From positions 1 to 64,000 of the IMG/VR virus record IMGVR_UViG_3300007734_000751: a DNA stretch of 64,000 nucleotides, one strand, 5' to 3'. A program made the position numbers and the translations under genes. This document shows, piece by piece, positions 19,373 through 26,966 of this stretch. The notes beneath the pieces are model-generated. The model made no database searches. It was not told where the DNA came from and saw only the letters and a list, made by a program, of their open reading frames with translations. Every line of letters starts with the position of its first letter. Position 1 is the stretch's first letter. Source of the DNA: a virus.

Positions 19373-19458
19373 TCTTACTCTGCCTTTTACTTTCTGGCTG
19401 TGCGCCGGCTAAGTATATCTTTGACTGCACAGTGACGCAGCCGGAGAACTGTAACTAA
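19363..19458 (+). CDS. 31-aa lipoprotein (not in ORF track)
   Basis: MRIILLCLLLSGCAPAKYIFDCTVTQPENCN; lipobox LSGC; coupled start/stop. Confidence 0.55.
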   Translation: MRIILLCLLLSGCAPAKYIFDCTVTQPENCN

Positions 19459-19571
19459 TGGATCCGCGATTGGCGTATATTGTTTACGCTGTCGCTGCCG
19501 CCGCATCGGTTGCTTACGGGGCCAAACTATTATTCATGCTCGGCATTTATTTCAGGAGGACAATGGAATGA
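19458..19571 (+). CDS. 37-aa membrane peptide (not in ORF track)
   Basis: MDPRLAYIVYAVAAAASVAYGAKLLFMLGIYFRRTME; homolog in B at 56,875. Confidence 0.5.
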   Translation: MDPRLAYIVYAVAAAASVAYGAKLLFMLGIYFRRTME

Positions 19572-19729
19572 TTAAGAATTGGAAAACCACAATCCCTGGC
19601 ATCATCACTCTCATCGGCGTTCTCTTTAACGCTTGGCAGACCAAGACGCTTGACTGGTCTTCGCTGCAAGCAGCGCTTGTCGCCATCGGTCTTATCGGCG
19701 CTAAAGATTTTAACGTCACGGGCGCATGA
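19568..19729 (+). CDS. Holin-like two-TM protein, 53 aa (not in ORF track)
   Basis: AGGAGG RBS; MIKNWKTTIPGIITLIGV...ALVAIGLIGAKD; conserved in B. Confidence 0.7.
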   Translation: MIKNWKTTIPGIITLIGVLFNAWQTKTLDWSSLQAALVAIGLIGAKDFNVTGA

Positions 19730-19938
19730 CAACTGTTATCTTAATTGGCATAGTTTTAGTCGTTCTGTATGGGGCGGCTAAGATGCTAACGGCTGAAGCC
19801 TATGAGCGCGGACGACGCGAGGAAGTTGTGCGTCGATTAGACCTTGCAGCCAAATTAAAAGAAAGACAGACCAATGTCGTTATGGCCCCTAAAACCGTGG
19901 ACGATACTGCTACTGATCTCGACAACGGCACTTTCTAG
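19726..19938 (+). CDS. i-spanin (Rz-like)
   Basis: N-terminal TM then charged helix; overlaps downstream lipoprotein. Confidence 0.7.
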   Translation: MTTVILIGIVLVVLYGAAKMLTAEAYERGRREEVVRRLDLAAKLKERQTNVVMAPKTVDDTATDLDNGTF

Positions 19939-20095
19939 CTGCCAGTCAACGAGCGGCGGGTCTTGCCCGCCACTCGCTCAATACTCACTCGCTCAACAGC
20001 GCGCTGTCGCCAGTGAACTTCGGCGGCTCCGTGGAACCGAAACGGCTCAGTTTATCGTCGATTACGGCAAGCTCCGCGCGGCGTGTAGACTTTAG
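19874..20095 (+). CDS. o-spanin (Rz1-like lipoprotein)
   Basis: Lipobox LSSC, CPPL, C-terminal Cys; overlaps the Rz 3' end. Confidence 0.72.
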   Translation: MSLWPLKPWTILLLISTTALSSCQSTSGGSCPPLAQYSLAQQRAVASELRRLRGTETAQFIVDYGKLRAACRL

Positions 20096-20437
20096 CGGCT
20101 CGATCTTAGCCGGCTTCAACTCTACCTTCTTCTTGTAACCGATGTTAGCGCCGGTTGCTGCTTTCTGTGCGATGTAATCGGCAGCAAACATGCTCGCAAA
20201 CGCTTCATAGTTCATAGCGTCTATGCGGCTATCAAGATGTGTCGGGTCATTAAACGCCCGCGCATTCTTAACGCAGACCATAATAATCGCCACCTCAAAC
20301 GGATGGATGTCACGCCCCAAACGTAACGACGCCAGATCCGCTACAAGCTGGAAATTATTTTCGATTCCGCCGTATGTCTCACCGCGCTCGGCGATGATAT
20401 CAGCGGCCTGTCTTAGGAGATCGGTAGGTGTATGCAT
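19985..20437 (-). CDS. DUF6378-like protein
   Basis: ERGETYG..ENNF...VAIIMVCVKNAR...HLDSRIDAMNY pattern. Confidence 0.72.
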   Translation of the reverse strand: MHTPTDLLRQAADIIAERGETYGGIENNFQLVADLASLRLGRDIHPFEVAIIMVCVKNARAFNDPTHLDSRIDAMNYEAFASMFAADYIAQKAATGANIGYKKKVELKPAKIEPLKSTRRAELAVIDDKLSRFGSTEPPKFTGDSALLSE

Positions 20438-20606
20438 CTTTCAACAGTTCCTCTCTTTCGCGCAACACTCGCAGAATGTTGTAGCGTTGATGCAAGCGGG
20501 TCATAATAAAAGCGCGCCGCCCATTCGCGCGTTCATCCTGAAGCAGGTCGTAAACTTGCTTCTCAGATAAATCAGCTAATTTCTTATTCAGTTCGTTCCA
20601 GTGCAT
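20400..20606 (-). CDS. Small conserved protein downstream of helicase
   Basis: RLHQRY..LR..RER motif; conserved in B (57,787-58,020). Confidence 0.65.
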   Translation of the reverse strand: MHWNELNKKLADLSEKQVYDLLQDERANGRRAFIMTRLHQRYNILRVLREREELLKDAYTYRSPKTGR

Positions 20607-21880
20607 AATTCCTCCAACGCCAATTCCGACATGGAGCGCTTGTCTTTCAGCGCGGTTTGGATCTTTTCATCGATGGTGTTAGCACAAATAATATTGTAAC
20701 ACCAGACATCTTTTGTTTGCCCGCTGCGATGCAAGCGCCCGATGGTTTGTTCGTACAGTTCAAGCGACCAAGGCAACGACAAGAAAATCATTTTGTTGCC
20801 GCCAAACTGTAGATTCAGTCCATGCCCAGCGGATTTAGGATGTATCGCTAAAAGTTCTGTTTCGCCTCTGTTCCACTTGTCCACAGCCTGTGGATCGTCC
20901 ATAGTGGAAAGTTTCGGAAATAGTTCTCGTAACTTAGCAAGCTCTTCCTTGTAGTTATACACAACGATGGTGTTGTCGTGTTGGTTCTCTTCGAGCACTT
21001 CTTTTAATAGGTCATACTTATGCGAAGTAAGCCACTCCGCGCCGTCTGCGCCGTAGACGAAGCCGCCGGCGAGTTGCTGTAGTTTCTGCGTCACGACCGC
21101 AGCGGTCGGCGCTGTAATGGTCTGGCCCAGCTCCAAAACAAAATCTCGTTTCATCTTGTTGTACGGCCCCATATCCATCGTGCAGCGCATATCCACGACA
21201 TGCAGTTCCGGCAGCTTGTCCTTATACTCTCCAGGCTCTAGCACGTATGTCGCCGGCTTGATCGCGTGCATGACGCTCTCTAGCGCGGTGGGTAGTGGCA
21301 CCCATTGTTGATACTCGCGGTTTAAACAGTAGAAATACTGTTGCAGAAACGCGCCTTTAGATCTGCCGAGTAGTTTCTGATCAACGACCTTGCATTGACC
21401 AAACACGTCTTCCAAGCCGTTCGACGTAAACGATCCAGTCAAACCCCAGCGTATGTGAAACTGATCAAGGATCTTTAACAGATGCTTAAAGCGTTTGCCG
21501 CTTGGGTTCTTAAGCCGCGTTAATTCATCAAATACTATTCCATCAAAGCCTGTAGGATCAATTGACGGTATATTGTCGTAATTAGTTACGACGACATCAA
21601 CGTCCGCAGCGAACGCCGCTTGACGCTGTGTTGGTGAACCGACAGCCACGGCTATAGGCATTTCAGGTGCCCACTTCGGGCCTTCAACAGGCCACACGTC
21701 AGTGCACACACGCTTGGGCGCGAGCACAAGCCAGCGGCTTACGAAGCCCTTCTCCAGCATGTCGCGCATAGCTGTTAATGTTATTGCTGTCTTCCCCGCG
21801 CCGACTGGCGCGAGGATCATGGCTCTGTCACGACAGAAAAGAAAATCCGCCGCCTCATCTTGATAAGGACGCAGCTTCAT
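20588..21880 (-). CDS. SNF2-family helicase
   Basis: LRPYQ, APVGAGKT, FDELT, GLTGS, SAGHGLNLQ, QTIGRLHRSGQ. Confidence 0.92.
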   Translation of the reverse strand: MKLRPYQDEAADFLFCRDRAMILAPVGAGKTAITLTAMRDMLEKGFVSRWLVLAPKRVCTDVWPVEGPKWAPEMPIAVAVGSPTQRQAAFAADVDVVVTNYDNIPSIDPTGFDGIVFDELTRLKNPSGKRFKHLLKILDQFHIRWGLTGSFTSNGLEDVFGQCKVVDQKLLGRSKGAFLQQYFYCLNREYQQWVPLPTALESVMHAIKPATYVLEPGEYKDKLPELHVVDMRCTMDMGPYNKMKRDFVLELGQTITAPTAAVVTQKLQQLAGGFVYGADGAEWLTSHKYDLLKEVLEENQHDNTIVVYNYKEELAKLRELFPKLSTMDDPQAVDKWNRGETELLAIHPKSAGHGLNLQFGGNKMIFLSLPWSLELYEQTIGRLHRSGQTKDVWCYNIICANTIDEKIQTALKDKRSMSELALEELCTGTN

Positions 21881-22092
21881 TTTGGTCTTTTTTTAGTAAG
21901 AAGAGTTATCATGTCTTTAGCTAAAAACTCACCTAACATGTACATACGCACGCCAGCTAAAGGCTTTTCGTCTTTATGAAGATTTAAATAAATTTTATCT
22001 ACTTCACGGCATCTTTCTTCAACTAACTGCCTAAATACAATCTCTAGCCGAGTCATATGCTCTTCTTTTTTGAGTCTCTTTCTATCGCCCAT
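21877..22092 (-). CDS. Hypothetical protein, AT-rich insertion present only in unit A
   Basis: Lies between VRR-NUC and helicase; absent in B. Confidence 0.5.
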   Translation of the reverse strand: MGDRKRLKKEEHMTRLEIVFRQLVEERCREVDKIYLNLHKDEKPLAGVRMYMLGEFLAKDMITLLTKKRPK

Positions 22093-22346
22093 CGGTCTAC
22101 TTGCTCCCTATTCCACAGACACGCGTAATGCTGATTCATACGCTTCATGTCTTGTGCAAAGATTTTTTGAAGCGCCGACAACTTGCCCCCTGTTGTCTTC
22201 ACTTCGATGAACCACGTCTCGCCATTTGGTAAACACACAACGCGATCACTCACGCCGCGATGCGATAACGAGTTGAATTTGTAGGCTTCGCCGTCCATAG
22301 CGCGGACGGTTTTAACCAAATATTGTTCAATGTCTGATTCTTTCAT
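22053..22346 (-). CDS. VRR-NUC nuclease
   Basis: GVSDRVV..P.GETWFIEVK..GGKLSALQ; start placed at MKESDIE by alignment to B. Confidence 0.88.
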   Translation of the reverse strand: MKESDIEQYLVKTVRAMDGEAYKFNSLSHRGVSDRVVCLPNGETWFIEVKTTGGKLSALQKIFAQDMKRMNQHYACLWNREQVDRWAIERDSKKKSI

Positions 22347-22356
22347 AAAAAAGTTA

Positions 22357-22385
22357 TTGCATAAACAAAAAAAGTTGTCTAGTGT
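22357..22385 (+). promoter_or_regulatory. Sigma70-like promoter for the replication operon, overlapping a divergent promoter
   Basis: TTGCAT-17-TAGTGT; B has TTGACA-18-TAGTAT at the same place. Confidence 0.55.
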
Positions 22386-22408
22386 GATTCGCATAAGGGA
22401 GATAATAA

Positions 22409-23506
22409 ATGGCACATTCTACTATTGTCGGCGGCTCATCAGCCAAGCGCGTCATCAACTGCCCTGGCAGTGTTGCGCTGGTTAGTAAAGTGCCGCCGAA
22501 GCCTACGTCGTCATACGCAGAAGAAGGCACGTTCCTGCATGAGTGCATGGAGCGTATACTCAATGGCGAATCAATTGACACGTTTACTGATGCGACTGAG
22601 GAACAGTTAAATGAGAAACTACGGCCTGCATTCGCCGCGCTCGATGAGATCGATCCAGAAGGCAAGTTGGAGTTCCAGACTGAAGTTCACGTCGCGTTTC
22701 CTGAACCATTACAAGAAGTGTTTGGATCTTGCGACGTGGTTGGTCGCCGTGGCGATACTGCTATTATTCTTGACTGGAAGTTCGGTAGCGGCGTCTGGGT
22801 TGACGCAGAAGAAAACGATCAGCTCATGTTCTACGCAGCCGCAGCTATGCACACAGAGAGCTGCCGCTGGGCGTTTGAAGGCGTCAACAAAATCGAATGC
22901 ATCATCGTCCAGCCCCCTTACATCAAGGTCTGGGAAACAACCCCTGGACGCATCAAAAACTTTGAGCGTGAACTGGTGCGTGCTATTCATTCTGCCATGC
23001 GTGAAGACGCCCCTCTAAAGAAGGGTGATCATTGTCGCTGGTGCGCCGCCAAAGCTATTTGTCCTTTGATGAACGGCGAGGCTAAACGCGCAGCTAAGAT
23101 ACAACTAAAGCAACTGCCGGATCTTTCAGATGCTCTTAAACTTGCTGATTTGCTTGAGCCGTGGATTAAAGATGTGCGAGAGCTTGCTCTTCGCAGTATG
23201 GAAGAAGGAACACAAATCACAGATTTTAAACTGGTCTCAAAACGAGCAACACGCCAATGGGTGGATGCTGAAGGAGCGCGAGAAGCTCTTGAGAAAATGG
23301 GACTGGATATGTCGGAATTGATGGAGACGAAGCTCCTATCGGTAGCGCAAGCGGAAAAGGTGTTGAAAAAGCACAAGCTCGCTTTACCAAAAGAGCATGT
23401 TGTGTCCATCTCATCGGGCAACACAATCGCGCCAAAGGATGATCCTAGGCCGGCGGTGTCGCAACTCAGCCAGAGTCTTCTGGCTTTTAGCAAAATGGAA
23501 AGATAG
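22409..23506 (+). CDS. DUF2800 Cas4/RecB-like exonuclease
   Basis: HSTIVGGSSAKRVINCPGS, FGSCD, LDWKFG, QLMFYA, HCRWC..KAICP. Confidence 0.88.
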   Translation: MAHSTIVGGSSAKRVINCPGSVALVSKVPPKPTSSYAEEGTFLHECMERILNGESIDTFTDATEEQLNEKLRPAFAALDEIDPEGKLEFQTEVHVAFPEPLQEVFGSCDVVGRRGDTAIILDWKFGSGVWVDAEENDQLMFYAAAAMHTESCRWAFEGVNKIECIIVQPPYIKVWETTPGRIKNFERELVRAIHSAMREDAPLKKGDHCRWCAAKAICPLMNGEAKRAAKIQLKQLPDLSDALKLADLLEPWIKDVRELALRSMEEGTQITDFKLVSKRATRQWVDAEGAREALEKMGLDMSELMETKLLSVAQAEKVLKKHKLALPKEHVVSISSGNTIAPKDDPRPAVSQLSQSLLAFSKMER

Positions 23507-23509
23507 AAA

Positions 23510-24139
23510 ATGACAGACTTTGCAAACTTACCGGCAGTCGCTGATTTAGGTGCAGCTCTTGAAAAGTTCGCGGCAGGTTCGCCTACGCGTCTTAAAGAAG
23601 TGTATCTAAAAATGGATAAAACAGGTCATTGGGTTTACGGCGCTGATCAAACTGAGATCGAGCGCGACTCACTTTGGGCTATTAATCCATTCTCATTTGT
23701 AGAAGGTTTCGTATGTTGGGGCGCGCAAGACACGCCTAACATGGGTAAGCTTCTTGGTGAGGTCATGAAGCCGCTGGGAAAAGATGAACTTGTTATGCCT
23801 GAAGATATTCCTGACTCTAATGGTTGGGAAGAGCAAGTTGGTATATCATTACAATGCATTAGCGGAAATGATAAAGGATTATCCGCGCGATATACAACTA
23901 AAACCAAAGGCGGTGTGCCGGAAGTTCGGCGCGTGGCTTTTGAAACAGGCATGAACTATAGGATTCGTAAATCGGAACCTGTTCCTATCGTAAAGTTAAA
24001 GAGTACTCATTATACTCACAACGCCGGCTATGGGCGCGTGTATACGCCTGTAATCGAGATCGTGAAATTCGTGAGTAATGAGACAGAACCCACTGTTGAA
24101 GAAGTAACGGAAGCTCCCGTTCGTCGTCGCAGAGGTTAA
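23510..24139 (+). CDS. Putative single-stranded DNA-binding/recombination protein
   Basis: Position between DUF2800 and PolA; KMDKTGHWV.GADQ, YGRVYTPV, acidic tail then RRRR. Confidence 0.6.
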   Translation: MTDFANLPAVADLGAALEKFAAGSPTRLKEVYLKMDKTGHWVYGADQTEIERDSLWAINPFSFVEGFVCWGAQDTPNMGKLLGEVMKPLGKDELVMPEDIPDSNGWEEQVGISLQCISGNDKGLSARYTTKTKGGVPEVRRVAFETGMNYRIRKSEPVPIVKLKSTHYTHNAGYGRVYTPVIEIVKFVSNETEPTVEEVTEAPVRRRRG

Positions 24140-24145
24140 TGAGTT

Positions 24146-24169
24146 GGGGCGCGTGAAGCGCCCCTTCTT
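24146..24169 (+). terminator. GC-rich hairpin after SSB gene
   Basis: ggggcgc-gtgaa-gcgcccc-ttctt. Confidence 0.55.
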
Positions 24170-24186
24170 ATCTCAGGAGAAATCAA

Positions 24187-24780
24187 ATGTTATTTGTGCC
24201 TGCCTATTGGCCGTTCTTTAAGAGCGGCGAACTGAGACGCTTTGACTATAGCAACCCTAACGCGCCTAGCTTCACATCTGTGTTTAGCTACGATAAGGGC
24301 AGCGATAGCATGCTGTACAACAATTATGATTCAGCCGGCACCTGGCTGAACAAATGGTATTATCAATACCGCACAGGCTTTGGCGTTGCTGAATGGCGCG
24401 ATGATTATCCAGGCAACAAGAAGGTCGTACTTAACCCGCCGATTGGCTGGGGCGAGTTCCAAGAAGTCGGGTCTGACTACGTAAATTACCCGCGCTTTGA
24501 TTTCTTTAAATGCTGGCCCCCAGCGTCAAGTAAGGGCGTACAGATCGTACACTTTGAAGAGCATATCTCGCAGATGTCTGCGCTTGGTGTGTATTACCAA
24601 GACGTGATCAAGTTCAGCTATTTGCAGAATTGGGATGGCAAACCTGCGACCGGCGCGCGCTATTGGATGGCGCTTGGCGTTGGGCCAATACAAACACAGT
24701 TCTTAACGCAAGACGCAAAAGATCCAACAAAGATAACGGAGTCAATCGTATGGGAAGCGAAGATAACGACCGTGAATTAA
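24187..24780 (+). CDS. Aromatic-rich beta protein of unknown function
   Basis: AGGAG RBS; YWMALGVGPI motif; close homolog in B. Confidence 0.7.
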   Translation: MLFVPAYWPFFKSGELRRFDYSNPNAPSFTSVFSYDKGSDSMLYNNYDSAGTWLNKWYYQYRTGFGVAEWRDDYPGNKKVVLNPPIGWGEFQEVGSDYVNYPRFDFFKCWPPASSKGVQIVHFEEHISQMSALGVYYQDVIKFSYLQNWDGKPATGARYWMALGVGPIQTQFLTQDAKDPTKITESIVWEAKITTVN

Positions 24781-24938
24781 GACTAAAGCAATTGATGGGC
24801 GATCTATTGTTCACCATCAAACAATATTCTGACAAACATGAGAAACCCGATGAGATCCTTTTTGTTCTTGACCGTATCGTTGACGCTTATCACACAGCCA
24901 TTAAAATCACAAGAAGTGGAGACGCCAAGGTTCACTGA
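24750..24938 (+). CDS. Small helical hypothetical protein
   Basis: GGAG RBS, MGSEDNDRELRLK...; core conserved in B (62,190-62,432). Confidence 0.55.
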   Translation: MGSEDNDRELRLKQLMGDLLFTIKQYSDKHEKPDEILFVLDRIVDAYHTAIKITRSGDAKVH

Positions 24939-25077
24939 GATGAACTACGGCGAGCAAACTTTCATCTATGATCGCAACGGGCGCATGGTCGCTGCGGGCG
25001 TAGGCGATGAGTATGGCATGTATTACAGCAACCGCTACGGCCAGACTATCGGCACAAGATATGATGCACCAAAATGA
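24850..25077 (+). CDS. Small secreted protein with signal peptide
   Basis: MRSFLFLTVSLTLITQPLKS/QEVE; mature part nearly identical in B; ATGA-coupled to polA. Confidence 0.62.
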   Translation: MRSFLFLTVSLTLITQPLKSQEVETPRFTEMNYGEQTFIYDRNGRMVAAGVGDEYGMYYSNRYGQTIGTRYDAPK

Positions 25078-26966
25078 TCTGGCTTGATTTTGAAACGCGG
25101 AGCGAGTGCGATCTAAAATCGATGGGCGTATATAACTACGCCCGTCATCCCACAACAGAAGTGTTGTGTATGTCTTACGCATACAACGACGATCCTGTGC
25201 AGACGTGGCGTCCAGGCGAGCCGTTCCCACGCTTGAACGGTCAGATCCGCGCGCACAACGCAGCGTTTGAGCGTCTGATTTTCTGGCATGTGTTAGACAA
25301 ACAGATCCCGCTTGAACAATTCTACTGCACCGCGTCACAAGCGAGAGCTAACTGTGCGCCAGGATCGCTCGAAGACGTTGCGCGTTTTGCTGGCACAAGC
25401 ATGCGTAAAGATCACCGAGGCAACTACTTGGTGCGTAAGCTCTGCATCCCGCCGTTCAGCAACGACGTGCGTTTGCTGCAAGAGCTGGTAGAATATTGCG
25501 AACAAGACGTGCGTACGATGCGCGCGGCATCTAAGGCGATGCGGGAACTGACAGATGAAGAGCTGGCAGATTATCATACTAATGAGCGGATCAATGATCG
25601 CGGCGTCTTGGTTGACGTATTTTTATGCCAAGCGGCGGTTCGATTTGCGGCTGATGAATTACAGGAAATCGAACGAATCGTTCGTGAGGTTACGAATGGC
25701 GAGATTACATCAGTCCGAAGCCCTAAGATGCGACAATGGGTTCAAGATCGTGTCGGCCCCGCAGCCCTCAAGCTCATGGAGCGCGACGACAAGTATAGTA
25801 TCGACAAGACGGCGCGCGCAAATTTATTGGCGATGGACGATCCTGAAGAAGTGCCGCCAGATGTTGCCGACGTTATACAGTGCGCTGACGATCTTTGGGC
25901 GTCTTCTGTAGCAAAGTTCAAGCGCCTTAACGATCTCGCCGGCGATGACCACAGAGTACGCGGCGCGTTCGTGTTCGCAGGTGGCAGCGCAACAGGGCGC
26001 GCGTCTAGCTACGGCGCGCAGGTTCATAATTTCACGCGCGTCTGCGCCGAAGAGCCAGAGGCTGTGCGTCATGCGATGGTGCGCGGACATAAGATCGTGC
26101 CTAAGTTCGGCAAGCGCGTCACTGATGTGCTCAAAGGTATGTTACGTCCTGCGATGATTCCGGCCAAGGGTCATCAGTTCGTCGTCGCCGATTGGTCGTC
26201 CATAGAAGCCCGTGTTACTCCGTGGTTGTCCATGAATGGCGATGACAAGCTTGCGTTATTTAATTCTGGACAAGATGTGTATAAGTTCAACGCATCAAAA
26301 ACCTTTGGTTGTGCAATAGAAGATGTGACAAAAGACCAACGCCAGGTTGGTAAAGTGCAAGAGCTTGCGTGTGGTTTTGCCGGCGGTGTCGGCGCGTTTG
26401 CTGCGATGGGTCGTGTATACGGAATTAACATGCCGGAAGACGAAGCCAGACGCATGGTAAACGCCTGGAGACTCGCAAATAAATGGTCAGTGCCGTTCTG
26501 GAATGACATCGAGATGGCGTACACGCGGGCGCTAGGTCGTCAAGACGAAATATTTAGCGCGGGTAGAATTAAATACTTGTTTCGCGGTGAGCACCTTTGG
26601 TATGCTCTCCCTTCGGGTCGCGTTCTTTGTTATCCCTATGCGCGGTTTGAAGATGACGGCAGTATAACTTACGCCAAAGCATCTTGGAAACCAGCCGCAG
26701 ACGCAAAGGAATGGCCCCGTGCACGGCTATGGCGTGGGCTTGCATGTGAGAATGTAACCCAAGCAGTTGCAAATGATTTATTAAGGTACAGTCTACGAAA
26801 TTTAAATAATGTTGTGCTTCATGTGCATGACGAAATAGTTGTCGAATCAGATGAGCCGGAAATAGCAAGGGAGGCTATGGTTCGTGTGATGACAACGCCG
26901 CCAGATTGGGCGGTTGGATTACCACTTGCCGTTGAGGCTAATATTATGGGGCGTTATGGAAAATAG
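25074..26966 (+). CDS. polA: DNA polymerase family A with 3'-5' exonuclease
   Basis: DFET, AHNAAFE, ADWSSIEAR (motif A), RQVGKVQELACGF (motif B), HVHDEIV (motif C). Confidence 0.95.
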   Translation: MIWLDFETRSECDLKSMGVYNYARHPTTEVLCMSYAYNDDPVQTWRPGEPFPRLNGQIRAHNAAFERLIFWHVLDKQIPLEQFYCTASQARANCAPGSLEDVARFAGTSMRKDHRGNYLVRKLCIPPFSNDVRLLQELVEYCEQDVRTMRAASKAMRELTDEELADYHTNERINDRGVLVDVFLCQAAVRFAADELQEIERIVREVTNGEITSVRSPKMRQWVQDRVGPAALKLMERDDKYSIDKTARANLLAMDDPEEVPPDVADVIQCADDLWASSVAKFKRLNDLAGDDHRVRGAFVFAGGSATGRASSYGAQVHNFTRVCAEEPEAVRHAMVRGHKIVPKFGKRVTDVLKGMLRPAMIPAKGHQFVVADWSSIEARVTPWLSMNGDDKLALFNSGQDVYKFNASKTFGCAIEDVTKDQRQVGKVQELACGFAGGVGAFAAMGRVYGINMPEDEARRMVNAWRLANKWSVPFWNDIEMAYTRALGRQDEIFSAGRIKYLFRGEHLWYALPSGRVLCYPYARFEDDGSITYAKASWKPAADAKEWPRARLWRGLACENVTQAVANDLLRYSLRNLNNVVLHVHDEIVVESDEPEIAREAMVRVMTTPPDWAVGLPLAVEANIMGRYGK

